Assembly (NCBI GenBank): GCA_051362555.1
Contig: CM120644.1
Coordinates: 13,848,567 to 13,912,566 of the forward strand
DNA from: Lingula anatina
Taxonomy: Eukaryota; Animalia; Brachiopoda
Direction of reading: 5' to 3'
DNA: 64,000 nt
Part shown: positions 28,301 through 42,500 of the stretch, piece by piece
Position numbering within the stretch: position 1 is the stretch's first letter
Layout of the letters: the number at the start of each line of letters is the position of its first letter
Position numbers and translations under genes: made by a program
The notes under the pieces: generated by a model
Seen by the model: the letters and a program-made list of their open reading frames with translations, nothing else
What the model was told of the DNA's origin: nothing
The model's database searches: none

Positions 28301-29960
28301 ACTAACTGCAGGGCCGTAGCCTGAGCAAAATGCCAGGGGGGGCAGTAAGCGGACACGAAGGGGCAAAGCCCCCGATGGGGGAGGGTGTGGGAGGTGGATG
28401 ATTGTCTAGTGGCCATGAGTGCATTTTCTCACAGACTTGATATCAACTTTGCAATTTTTTTTTCACCTTTCCCCCCCTGCTCCCCTGGAGGCTACGGCCC
28501 TGAACTGACCACTCAACTAGCTTCTAGGAGCCTATAGTAGCAAACAGTTCAAAGGAGGGACTATAAATTCTTTTGAAAAGTGGACATTTTACCATGAATT
28601 ACACCCCCATGTATCTAGATCAAATTTTCCCAGAACGGAACCTTTTCCCGCCATAAAGGGCGGTTCGTTCCATCCCCCCCCCCACCCCCTGTACCTCACC
28701 CCCCATCTGGGTCAATATGACCTTTAGTAATGTAAACAGTGCGGTAGTTAAAGAGATGTACCGTTTTTATTATTATTATAGAGGGGCCTGTAATGTGAAG
28801 TTAAATAAAGGAAAAACTTTCTTTCTTTCTGTTTTTTTAAATATTTTTCAGCAGAAATGTCTGACCTTCAAAATCTAAAACATTTTTCAGAAATTCATTT
28901 TTAACACTCAATATTAATTAAATTGGCTTAAGCCAATTTAAAGTTTCTGTGCATTTCTTCCCTAATTTTTCTAGTTCCTATGAAAATGGAAACATTTGCT
29001 CATTGGCATCTTTTAATTAAAATTAAAAGCATGTTATAGGCATTGGGGTTCAGGTAAAGTTTATATAACCAAAAGGATCTTAATTTTGGCAAACAAAGCG
29101 ACTGTACGTTGCTTTAACACAAGTGCCAGCAGTAGAAGCCCTATCTGAGTTCCCTGTTACTGGTTGCAAACACACAGATTGCACATACCATACTACAATT
29201 TGAAAGCAAAGGGGACAGAGCCCTATATAGAGACTTTCAAGGGAACCCTCTCATAAAATGAAGCTGCAGACAAAAGAGGTACGATCACTGGTTTGTTTCT
29301 GTATAATTTGCTAATGTTTTCAGATTATTGTTTATCTCTATTAAGAATCAATTTTGATTGGTAGCTATATATATAATTAATTTTTATGACTTTAACAAAG
29401 GAACTTAATGTTTCACAATACTTAAAGTAACAGTGCTGAGGAAGTGCCTAAATGTATATATAGGTAGGGTTATTGAAGTTGTTGACATGGAATTTAAGGT
29501 TAAATTGATCAAATTTAAAAGAAAAAGAATTATATATATATAATTTCGATATAAATCTAGACAACTATAAATCTGATATAAAAATATATAACAACATTAT
29601 AAATAAAACCTGGAAATATTGAGGTAAATGGTTCATTATGTAGTTTTTAGAAAAAGGGGAAAAAGTTCAGAAATTGCAATGGAATGTACACGTGTGTAAT
29701 ATTAAAGGAAGGCATAAGGCCTGTGGTGTATTAGCTTAAAGCACAGATGCAAGAAACCTCAAGATAGGTTTACAAGTGCAAATTGAAGCAGCATGCTTTG
29801 AATGTGTGTACTTTAAGTGGGGAAATGGTGTGAAAAAATTACTGTTTAGCACATTTTTCTGGAGCTCTGATCCATTTCCAGTTCACTGTATCTAAATGAA
29901 AATGGGCAATTAACATCCTCCCTGTCTTTTCCTTGAACTTGCCTTATTAATTATTACTTG

Positions 29961-30046
<86 letters not shown>

Positions 30047-30613
30047 GCCTTACAATGATTCAAATTTAATAAAAGCACCTATTTCTCAATCTGTGGTGCT
30101 GGTATTGAGGGTAAGAAATTGTTACCATGTAGGCATACTGTAATACGTGATAGTATGTACTTAGTGAGGACACATATATTGTTCTTGTTACGAAAATGTG
30201 GTCTTAATATAAACAGAGGAAGTGTACATGAAAGGCAGGAGAATTAAGCACATCTCAATTAAAGTAAATTAAGGTTAGCTAAGGCTATAGAGTGGAGCAT
30301 GCAAAAGTACGGGTGAGAAGCATGGACTATCAGAAATAGAAAAGGGAAAATGATCAACGCCTTTTGAGATGTTCCGTGGAGCACATCAAGTGATGAGTGG
30401 AAAATGGAAAGAGAAAGGAAAAAAATGAGTGGGTGCCTGAGAGAACAGGTAGGAATAACTGAAGATCATAGCATGCCGTAAGAAATCCAAAAGCAAAAAA
30501 TCAGAAAGTTTGGACATTGGAAGAGGAGAGGTGAGACCTTGATGCTAACATATATATTGATATAAACAAAGAAATAAAAAAATAAAACATATAATGATAA
30601 AAAGAAGAAAATA

Positions 30614-30672
<59 letters not shown>

Positions 30673-31310
30673 ATCAAATAATGATACTTTAGTCTAAAAA
30701 TTTTACACCAAAAATTTGTCTGTTATTATTTATATGTTCCATATAAATCCGTAATGATACAGTCAGTTTTTCATTTTGAAAATAATTAAAGAAGCAGTCT
30801 GAAATATTACACATGCTTTTCTGTTATAAAACGTGTATTACATTTAATTTTATTGGACTATTACTGATTTATAATATGTCGGGTGAGACTGGGGAGACCA
30901 GTTATTTTGTGAAACACTAGGGCCCTGCATGACCAAGGCATGGTTGATTCAGACATTATGTAATAGTAGTAGCTGATAACACCATTCACTGTTCATGTCC
31001 CTGTGCAGGACATAAATTAAATCTGATAAGAAAAATCAACTTCTCAATTGGAATGCAATATATCGCAAAGGTCATTATGTCTGGGCTCTGTTGTAAATGT
31101 CTATAGACATCATGGAATTACGTAGATATAGCACCCCTGACAATGAAGGCCTTAATTCTGTCGTGGATTTGCTCTAATTTTCTTATCATTTTCTCATTGT
31201 GTCAACCCAAGTTACCTGTACATGTAATAAACTCCTGCATGATCAAAACATGGTGCTATGGAGATTATGTAAAAAGACCAGCTGATAGTGCTGTTTCATG
31301 CAATGATCAG

Positions 31311-31346
<36 letters not shown>

Positions 31347-34300
31347 TGTGTGTTGGGGGGGGGCACATCTTCCTTTCTCTCTCCCCCTCCACCTCCGCTC
31401 TTCCCCTCACAAAAAAAAAATAAATAATAAAAAAAAAAAATAATAATAATAAAACAATTTGAAAATAAATAGTAATAATAAAATAAAAATCTATATTAAC
31501 AAATCAATAAAATATATGAATAAAGAAAATACTACATAAATTAAGACAAATGACATGTCTACCCCTAATATAAAAATAAATAAATTGTCCTCAATGGATA
31601 TTTACAATAATTGTGTACTCTGTCCCCTCCTCTACAATCGCACAATCCAGAAACCATGTCGCCAGTGTACTGCTCAAGCTGCACAATACTGACAGGAAAA
31701 AATAAAAACAACTTCTTCATAAATGCGCAATATATCATGATAAAAAAATATCCCCCAGCGCATCAGTATTTTAAGCTACCTTTGAGTAAAAAAAAAAAAC
31801 AAAAAAGGAGTTCAAGAGCACCCTGAATTTCAGTTCTGTTAAATAAACTTTCCTCTTTTTTGTATGCTCACTAAAATTTTATCATCCACATTTTTGCAGA
31901 AATGGTGTAATAGAATGCTGATATTATAGGCAAAGTCACAGAAGACTTTGACCTCATTCCCACAGGCACCATTGGTCTGTATTGTTCGATCCAACTCCAA
32001 AAGGGACTCTCGCTGAATAAAATCAGTTTAACAGATTAGCACGCTTAGCTCTATACTGGCATTAATTATAATACAGAACAGCGGGTGATTATAAGTACGT
32101 GGGCGTCTCGATAGTCCGAAGGTTCATGTTGGTCCGAAAAGTGGTAACATTTTCATCGATTTTTTAATCACGGGTTCATTGGTCCGAAGTTTCTATAGTG
32201 AACATTCGGACCAATTGAACCTTCGGACTATCGCTACGGTCCCATAAGTACATGAGCACATTGGAAACAAGAATATAGCCATATGTTGCTTAGTTAAGCT
32301 GATTGCATTCAGTGAGAGTAACGTACTGCAGAGTTGGATAGATCAACGTAGACCCATGGTGACTATGGCTGTATTCCCAGAGCTTTTAGATTGATCTCAC
32401 TATATTACTGTCAGATAATCCGGCTTAAATGTCCGTCCCGCCTACTACAAGCTGTAAGGGGGTAATTAACTTTCGTGTCCGCTCTGCTGACAGCTATTTA
32501 GCGTGAACACCCAGGGAGTTAGGTCGATCTAAAGTAGATCGATCTAATCTCTGGAAATGGGGTCTATGGGAATGGAGTAATTTGAAACTCAGGATAAGCA
32601 GTCCCAGACAGATTTGGATTATGTAACGAATATATAATATGACATTGAAACGTGAGGTTATCTATCGCAGACAGCTTAATAAATAACCTACAAAGAGTTT
32701 ACAATAAACCTTCTAAAAACTAGACTAATCTGACAGGCAGAGACTGAAATATCTGTAAAAAACCAACTGATAAAGGAAGTTTTGGGCATATAAAGTGCAT
32801 GAATCAACTCCTGTCAATGTATAGAAGAGACATTTACAGTTCAGTTGTGACAGTAGATCATATAATCATGCAGCCAAAAGCAGCACCCAGTGTCAGGAAC
32901 CAAAGTATGGAAAAAAGTGTAATTAGTAATTTTAAAACTTTCATACATGTTGTTGTATTAACTCAATCAGAGGAAGCCATTGTTTGATAAAATTCAGACA
33001 TGGGAAGCCAAGTTCTACAAGTTGTTCAGATAATGCTTCACACCTTGCAGTTCAAATTTTAATGTCCTTTGTTCTGAAGCCAGTAATCTGTTAGAACTAG
33101 ATTACAGGGTGTTATTGGGAGTGCCCACCTGGAGGAGGTGGCCTTGTGTATGAAGTAACCAATCAGTTTTTAAGTTATGTGATGGACAGTTTAACTGATA
33201 AAGTTCTGTATAAAAATCTGTAAACTTAAATCTAGAGAGAGGGGAGAGATAGAAGGAGAGAGAAGTCATACTTGTATCATGTAACTGTTAGTGAAGCAAA
33301 ATATATTCTGTTGAAGTTACAACATGGTGTCGTTTCATTCTTTTCCGTGTGCAGAATTTAAGACAAGGAATCTGGGAATCTCTGTAGCAGTATTACAGAT
33401 AGCGTTATCCAAAGATGTGAGCCCATGCATTGAGCCCAAAACCCTAGGGTTATATCATAAAAAGGTATTTTAGGTAATGTGGGGCCCTGGGATGGTTTTA
33501 AGGGGGTTCCTCACACCAGATATCTACTGTACATTTCTCAAAGGGTTGGATCTATCTATGTAGACTGATATGGTGTCTATATGGGAATGGGGACTTAAAA
33601 ACTCAGGGTTCCAGACAGACTAAAATACCTGTAAAGAAATTATTCACTTAGACTTGGAAACTCAAGGCAATTTGTCTCCACAGGCAGATTGAGATATCCC
33701 TATAAACAGGTTACATTCTGATAACCAGGCTGGTCTAGCTGTCACGCATTATCTGTAAAAAAACAAACTGATAAAGGTACCGATGGGCATATTGTGTATA
33801 AACACCTGTCAATCTCTAGAAGAGACATTTTGATTTTTAATTGTTAAAACAGTTAAGTTGTGGTAGGAGATCAAATGGTCAGCCGATAGCGGCAACTATA
33901 AATTTACTGCTCAATATAGTGCTAATTAGACATTTGTAAAAAAAAAAGGCTTTATGATGATGTTCAGTCTGTTGTCACAACTAAGATAAGATAAAATTCA
34001 AAGCATAATAACTGGACTGTATTTGGTTTGAACACACCCTCCCTTCAAAAACAAGGCGTAGCAATAGTCTGAAGGTTCAAGTTCCAAAAGTTTCATAATC
34101 TGAATATATTAATGAAGTGTATACTGTGCTGGTAAAAAGGAAAGTTTTATCTGATGCATATGTGCATATATAGCCATATTAGACTGAAGTGAAACTTTGG
34201 GCGTAGGCCTATGCTCTACCTGAGGCCAGTAAAATGTACCGGTACACTTTTCTGTCATAAATTAGCCAGAGAAACATCTGTGAATATGTAGTGAAAACTG

Positions 34301-37300
34301 ATGAAAATTCTTTGATATTTTTAGGACTTAATTTTCTTTTTAGACTAACGAGAGTCTCCCTTCAAAAGCACCAGCCCTACAATTTCTCAACTGAGTCATT
34401 ACATAATTTGGGCATCCTGTGCTCCCAAACCTAAGGCTTGTGGTAGCATAGGACAATTTTTGATTCTTAAATCACTTAAAATGAATCTCAGGCCTCATAA
34501 ACGATAAAAAACTACTCAGTTGCCAGGTTATTACATAAGAGAGTCATCCAAACAGTGCCTTAATTAGCGAGACAACCAACATTATTAGCTTTAAAGCAGT
34601 AACTTGTGGAGAATTAGAAAAGAGTGAAGCAGTGCCCCTGTAGCATATTAATTACAAACTAGATGGATCCTAATATGAGCTAGGGTCCTTTGGAGGGGAG
34701 GGGGTTGTAGTGATCACAGTTCTCGGAAAATCAAATCAAATCACAAATCACAGTAAATAAAACTTTCATATTTCAAAGAAGATGCAAGTCTGAGTCTGGC
34801 AAGTTGAAAATCATGAATCACTGAGTATCATGACTTTGTTTCACTAAGAATGAGGAACAAAAAGCTGTGGGTGCTTCATGGAACATGGTGACTAAAATAA
34901 ACCTTCCACACATCTCAGACTCAGGAAATAAAAAAGTGGCTTTCACAAATAACCAAAATACCCAATGGAATCCTCTAACATGTTGTAAAAATGTCAATTA
35001 ACCTCGTATATGTTTGATTGAAATATGATCGAATCAAATATTCATTTACTGACAGTAATATCATATACAAGCCCTTGACTATTTTTGGTAAATGATAAAT
35101 CTGTTTTTTTTTTCATGTTTTGTTCTAGTAGAATGCATTCAATCCCCTGTCCCCAAAAGAGGACTCTGAAATCATGTTGGGGAGGGTGGGGGTGGGGGTG
35201 GGGGGGGGGGGTTACATATTAAATCTATCCCTGGCTGTCTGTAACACTAGCAGTGGAGCCTCTCTCTCTCCCTCTCCCTCTCTCTTTGTAAAATGTCGGA
35301 CATGAAATTATAAATTATGGAATGTTATTTTTTTTAATTATTAGACACAAATGAATTGAGTCACTAATACAAGTACTGCTTATACATGATATAACATATA
35401 TATGACAGAAAAAAGTATTTAATATCTTTTGCTGCAAAATTTACTTGGTATAAGCAGTTTGTTTCAATCATAGCACATGATCTTGTTTCAGCACCTATGA
35501 TAATTTTATGAATGATATCCTCGTGCCGTTTGAAACATTCTACTGGTACATTTAACACTTAATTATTTCTTTATTTCAGCACACTTCTGGTGAAGTTACA
35601 ATAACAGAATTAACAGAAAATGGGTCTGATAAAGATGACGACAGGCTGCAGTATAGCATTGAAGATGTGCCCCCATGGTACATGTGTATCTTTCTCGGAC
35701 TACAGGTTAGTTAATTATTTTAATATTGGGGGGGAGGGGGTCTCAATAATCTGAAGGTTCATTGGTCCGAAAAAATCATGCCTCTTATGAACTTCACTTT
35801 ATTTATGCATTAATTCAGACTTGTTGAACCTTTGGACCAGTGAAGCTTCTGATGACTATTAATTGCTAAGGCCCCATTTTAACATAGAGAGTTAAGGTTC
35901 TGATTAACTATACATATGCAGTGGTGTGGTATTAATGTTTTGAACTTAACACTGCTTACTTTATATTTGAATATAAATATATATTCTTTTTTTTTTGGGG
36001 GGGGGGGGTGATTGTCCTAGAATCTATATTATATTATATTATATTATATTATATTATATTATATTATATTATATTATATTATATTATATTATATTATATT
36101 ATATTATATTATATTATATTATATTATATTCAGCATTACTTGACCATGTTTGGAGCCACAGTGGTCATTCCATTCATCCTGTCACCGGCACTGTGTGTGG
36201 CTGGGGACAAGATAGTGACCAGTCAACTTATTGGGACCATCTTCTTTGTGTCTGGAGTGGCTACTTTGTTACAGACATTGTTTGGTTGCAGGTAAACATC
36301 TTGTTACAATGATACACAGGAAAATATATATATATTTTTTATTTTATAACTTTTTATAACTTTTATAGATAGTCAGATGGCACTGCAAATATGTTATTCT
36401 GATTTTTGTCCTTATTTCACACATTTTTTTTTGTGATGTTTTAAAGAAATTTAAAAGTTATTAATACATGAATACAAATTCTGTTGGATACAATTGTTCT
36501 TAGACAAAGCTTTTCAAGTAACATTTACATGTAGTTGAAAATTTTTAGACTAATTGATGCAGTTGTTTTTGATTTATCACAAGTAGATTTTCAGAATTTT
36601 CAAAAACTTGTAATGAACTCCTGAATATTACTGTATTTTTTTCTTGAATGAATTGCAGGCTCCCAATTGTTCAAGGAGGAACGTTTTCCTTCTTGGTTCC
36701 GACCTTTGCCATCCTTAACCTTCCTCGCTGGCAGTGCCCTACCATACTAACTCAAGGTACTCTGTGTGTGTACATGTGTGTGAGGGTGCATGAATGTGTG
36801 CAAATGCATGTGTGTATATGTGTTCAGAGCTGTGCATGAGTACATTGTTTGGGGTGTGATTTATGTATATGTATGCATGCAAATTGTGTCTGTGTTTGTG
36901 TTTCTGTGTATAAGCATGCCTTTTCTGTTTTTTTTATAGAAAATTCTGATTATGCTAATAAGTAAGATTTTGATGTATATAATGCTGAATTAATTTCAGC
37001 AAGCTTTACAAAGTACGCAACTCAAAGAAAAGTGATTTACTGAGTAATTGAAAGTAAACGCTGTTTTCATAAACTTGAAATAATGGTTTCATAGCTTTTA
37101 AGATGAAAGAAGAGCTACAAATAACTAAAATAATAAATATAAATTTTTTACTTAAAAAATGACCACTTCTCTGCTAATTTAAAATGTATAGTGCATAGGC
37201 TCTAGATATTTAAGTTATGAATTTATTAATATGTATTTTATTTTAGTTCAAGCGGCCAACTACACCCAGTTTAATCAAACTATTCCAAACATAGTGGTAG

Positions 37301-39050
37301 GGTCGGCAGAGCACACAGAGGTTTGGCAGTCTAGAATAAGGGAGGTAAGACCACAATTTACACACATACAGGCCCATAGCCAGCAATTCAAAGAGGGGAT
37401 TTTACATCTGACAAGTGGACCTTTAACCATGAAACCTTCATGTACCTATATGAAATTATACCCAGAGGGGACCTCTTTAACAGCAGAAAGGGTGGCTTGT
37501 TCAAACTCCCCGAACCCCCCTGGCTATGGGCCTGACACACACACACACACTCTCAGACAGAGGGAGTCAGTTCTTCCACATTGACTGAGTCTCAGAGAGT
37601 ATTTTTGCCAATCAAATATTTATGACTGCATGCATAGGCATGTGGAAAATAGAGGTTAAAACCTCTATTTTCCACATGCCTATGCAAGCAGTCATTTTTT
37701 CCAGACCTCAGTTAAAGACCTTGTATAATAATCATAGTGAAAGTTTTGATTCACCCAAGATTATGAAAAAAAAAAATTATAATACTGGATCTTACATTAT
37801 AATGGAGATCACAATGTTTTCACCTTATCGAAAAGTCTTCTTCATGTGAACTGATTTTGAGTTGTCACTGGTGTCATGTCAGGTTGAAATGAGTTTTTTG
37901 TTGACCTTTTTAAAACCCTCATAATTCTCACATTATTTTTTTCTTGGTATTTCATATCTTTAAACTTTTATATTCATTTTGCAGATACAAGGCGCCATTA
38001 TGGTTGCCTCTTTATTCCAACTCATCATTGGCTTCAGTGGCGTTATGGGGATTCTCTTGCGTTTCATTGGTCCATTGGCTATCGCGCCCACCATAGCCCT
38101 GGTAGGACTGTCATTGTTTAAACCTGCATCTGATTTTTCTTCTACGCACTGGTGGATAGCCATTTTGTGAGTATATTTCTGAATTCTTAACAAAAGTATA
38201 TATAAATTATTTTTGTACTGTCTGTCCTCCACAGACATAACTGCAGTAACTTGAATTTTCCCTTAAGGTTACTTAATTGAACATTTTCACAATATATTTG
38301 CATGCCTATTATTGCATTACTTTGAATATATAAAAGTTTATTCAATAATCACCAAATAATTTTCTCTTAAAGCAAATAAAAAAATTGAACGTGTTCCTCA
38401 TTTAGATTGCACAGTTTTTTTTCTAATCAAGAATATTCTTTTAAAAATTTTTTTAAAAGAGACATATATTCATGCCGTCTTCCACATTATTACTGTTTGC
38501 ATGCAGGGAATTGATATTTAAATCTCTTTAAAAAGAGATATGACCCTCATAAAAGGAATTTACATTATAACTGTCATGTGGAGCCCAGACTAGCTGTCAT
38601 GTGGAGCCCTGATTGGTATTGCTGAATATGAGTCACATCCAGAAAGCCCACAGTGACACCTATCAATATTTTTCAGAACCATAATCCTCATTGCAGTCTT
38701 CTCACAGTACATGCGTAGGATAAAGATACCTTGCTGTGGATATTCCAAGAAAGATGCCTGCCATAGAGTCGGCTATCCTATCTTTACCCTTTTCCCTGTA
38801 AGTGACAGGCATCAAGTATTATAAACAAACGAATTCAAGATAAAATGTAATATACCGCTCTCTTTGACCATGGCTGTGTACATGTGTGTACAATTGCACA
38901 CATGCGCATGAACAAATATTCAAGTACCATGCATGCATAATGTGGCAAAGACTTGTGCACAGATGCATGCAAAAAGACTTACATACATACCTATTTATGC
39001 ACACTTAATGGGCCAAAAGACAACCACAGGTCTATAAAGTACAAAATGCA

Positions 39051-39083
<33 letters not shown>

Positions 39084-39517
39084 AAAAAAAAAGGACTGAA
39101 AATTTGTTCCAAGATTTTTCAGCCCCACTTTTTCCTATACTTTTAGGTGATTTTGTCCATTGTGATAGTGTGGGGCATCTGTGCTATTATCACCTTCACC
39201 AGTGATGTTACAGGCTGGTTTCCTGAAGACAAAGACAGCTGGGGTTTTGGTGCCAGGACAGACTCCAGAGGATCAGTTTTGACAGATGCTCCTTGGTTTA
39301 GGTTCCCCTATCCAGGTAATACCATTGGCCAAACAAGGGGTTCAGGTTCATTAAGGAACCTATAGATGAACATCTAGCATATGTATTGTAGGGTATTTAA
39401 ATTTGCACAGATTATGATGGACATAGATCTATGGAGAAGATCTTATAAAGCATCCCCCCCTCACAAATCCTGTATAGTATCAAGAATATAGCATATATGA
39501 TAATGTTATCATAAAGG

Positions 39518-39563
<46 letters not shown>

Positions 39564-42500
39564 GAAGGGTCCTCTTTTGCAAGCCCCATATCATGCATTG
39601 TTATATATTTGATTATAATTATTATATATTATTATCAAGGACATCTCCATGCAGTGTAAGCTAAGCCTGTAGCATATGTTACATAGGAGCCTCTAAGTGA
39701 AATGTTCTTTAGTTTGTTTTAAAGGGGTCCTCTAGTCGCAAGGCCTGTAGTATATATCTCATAAAGGGACCTGGCCACTAGTGCAATATGGTTACGGTAT
39801 ACTACTTTGGCCCCCAAGTTCAAGGTCAAGTTCAAGGTCAAGGTCAAGTTCAAGGTCAAGTTCAAGTTCAAGGTGACACAGTGGATCATATGTTTGTTTA
39901 ATTTCTAGGACAGTGGGGCCTCCCCACAGTGAGTGTCAGCGCTGTATTTGGGATGTTGGCGGGCGTGTTGGCCTCCATGGTGGAGTCAGTGGGCGACTAT
40001 TACGCCTGTGCCAGACTTTCTGGAGCCCCGCCTCCACCTGTTCACGCAATAAACAGAGGTAAGTGTACAGCTGGTCATTGATATCTTAGGCCGTGTTCAG
40101 AAGAGAATGATCATGCTAGCAGGATGCTTAAAGAACTTGGGTGTCCCCCCCCTTTATACGCAATTAACAGAGTTTGGCACTACATGAACTTATTATCATC
40201 TTATAGAACTTGTAAAAAAGTATACATGTAGCATACACTATCAATGTACAACAGATAATGTTTTAACATCAAGAATTTTTATGCAATGATTCACTTATCA
40301 CCATGTAAAACAGATAATGTTTACTGTCAAGGATTATTGTGTTATGAAATTTCCACTCATTTCCCTATTGTAGGTATTGGAGTGGAAGGTTTAGGGTGTA
40401 TTATAGCTGGGATATGGGGAACAGGCAATGGGACGACATCTTACAGCGAAAACATTGGTGCCATTGGAATCACTAAAGTAAGTGCCATGTTAAAAAAATA
40501 TGGAAATACCCACAAATTTTGAACAACACATATTTGTTATGTTTTCCAAAGCATCGGCTTACTGGTAATATCTGACAGATATTACAAAATTTATAACAAA
40601 TGAATTGGGTTTTAGCTGGTTACTCAAAGTACGCTTTTGTGAGAAAATTTACAAACACTGGTCTTGAAATATTGTATAATCAAAGATTTTGAAATTTGTA
40701 AGTAATTTTCATAACAGAAATATTGCATGCTGGGATAGAAATTCAAATTGTTTGCCTTAGTTCTTACTTACAGACTAATGAAATAAATTGTCACCTCAGC
40801 TAAAAGACTTACATCTTAACAAATTTGATTTCATGTTTTAAGAACATCAAGTTGGTAAACATTAGTTAAATTAAAATGTTGCTGATCCTGAACAGCTCTC
40901 TTACCATACATATTTTCACTTTTAGGTTGGCAGCAGGCGTGTCATTCAGTTTGGCGCCATCTTTATGCTGCTTCTTGGGGTGCTTGGCAAGTTTGGTGCT
41001 CTGTTTGTTACCATTCCTGACCCAGTGGTCGGTGGCGTCTTCATGGTTATGTTTGGTAAGTTTAGGTGTGACTTGATAAAAATATAATAATAATAATAAT
41101 GATAATAATAATAATAAAAATTGCTATTTTTATGATAATAGTTTCTTCTACAGTGTATGAATTCTATGTATAAATCCTAGTGGGCCGTACAGTAAATGCT
41201 AAAATGATGTCATATTCAATCATATTACTAATTAAGAAATTATAAAAGTTTGCAAATCTGTTTGTAACTTATGTGGACCTCTGTTTTTTTTGTCTCAATT
41301 TCTTAAGGTTTTGCAAATAAGACAGTTTTGTATTTGGAAAGACACCAAACTTTCTTTAGTCTGACATTGTTGATGTTTGTTAAATTAAGTATACATGTTT
41401 TTTCTAAACATGTTTCTTCTAATTAAAACTTCATTCCATACCTTGTCTTTAATAAAATATTTCTGAAAAAAATGTCTATGAGGCAGCACAAAATTACATT
41501 TGTTAACATATCTTTTTTCAGATTTTCCATTTATTATTAAATGTCTCCATTACAGGAATCATTACAGCTGTAGGGATTTCCAACTTACAATTTGTTGACC
41601 TGAATTCTCCAAGAAACCTCTTCATATTGGGGTTCTCCTTTTTCTTTGGGTTATCTTTGCCTCAGTGGCTGACAGCCAATCCAAATGCCATTCAGACAGG
41701 TACAGCCTTGTCAACTTAATTTAACCAAAGATTAATCAGTTGTAGTATGTTACACACCTCAATTTAAATACTGATGTTTCAGACCAATACCAATTAACTT
41801 CATTGTAGTGAACTATTATAATGGGTTTTTTTTTCTTGAACTGAGGTTATAGTAAGCCATCTTTTTAAAACTTTTGAATTTCTGGACAGAAGATTTTTTT
41901 AACTTTGTGAAACCAGCTCCAGCAGAATTAGTTATAGTATTCAAAAGCTGGTAGTATTATCAAACCCGAGACCTCACAGGAAGTCTGTTGCAACAGTACA
42001 AATTGTTTCAACGCGGTTTCATTTTGAACCAATTTAGTCTACACCTTTAAGTAAACAATTATTCATTTTATTTTACAGGTAGTGAAACCATGAATCAGAT
42101 CCTCACAGTCCTCTTCAGCACCAGCATGTTTGTAGGTGGCGCTGTTGGCTTTGTTCTGGATAACACAATTCCTGGTGAGCTCCTCAATTTCTTAAATAAA
42201 ATGTAAAAACTTTTATCGTAACACAAATTTTGTTCACCTGACATTCATCTACATCTAATCTTATTGATTTCTTCTCAGACTTTGTACTTTTCTTATTAGC
42301 AATATGAAGTCTCTTGTGATTTTCTGTTCTTATTTTGTATGCTGAAACTCTAATAAAATTTCTTGAATCATGAATCACAATTTACGTACATGTATCAGAC
42401 ACAGAGTGACTTTTAACCTGTGGCATATTGTTGCATTTGGCAAGCACTATTTGAGCCAGCCAATTTGCTTCAGTAAGTGAATATAAGCGGGACCTGTTCA

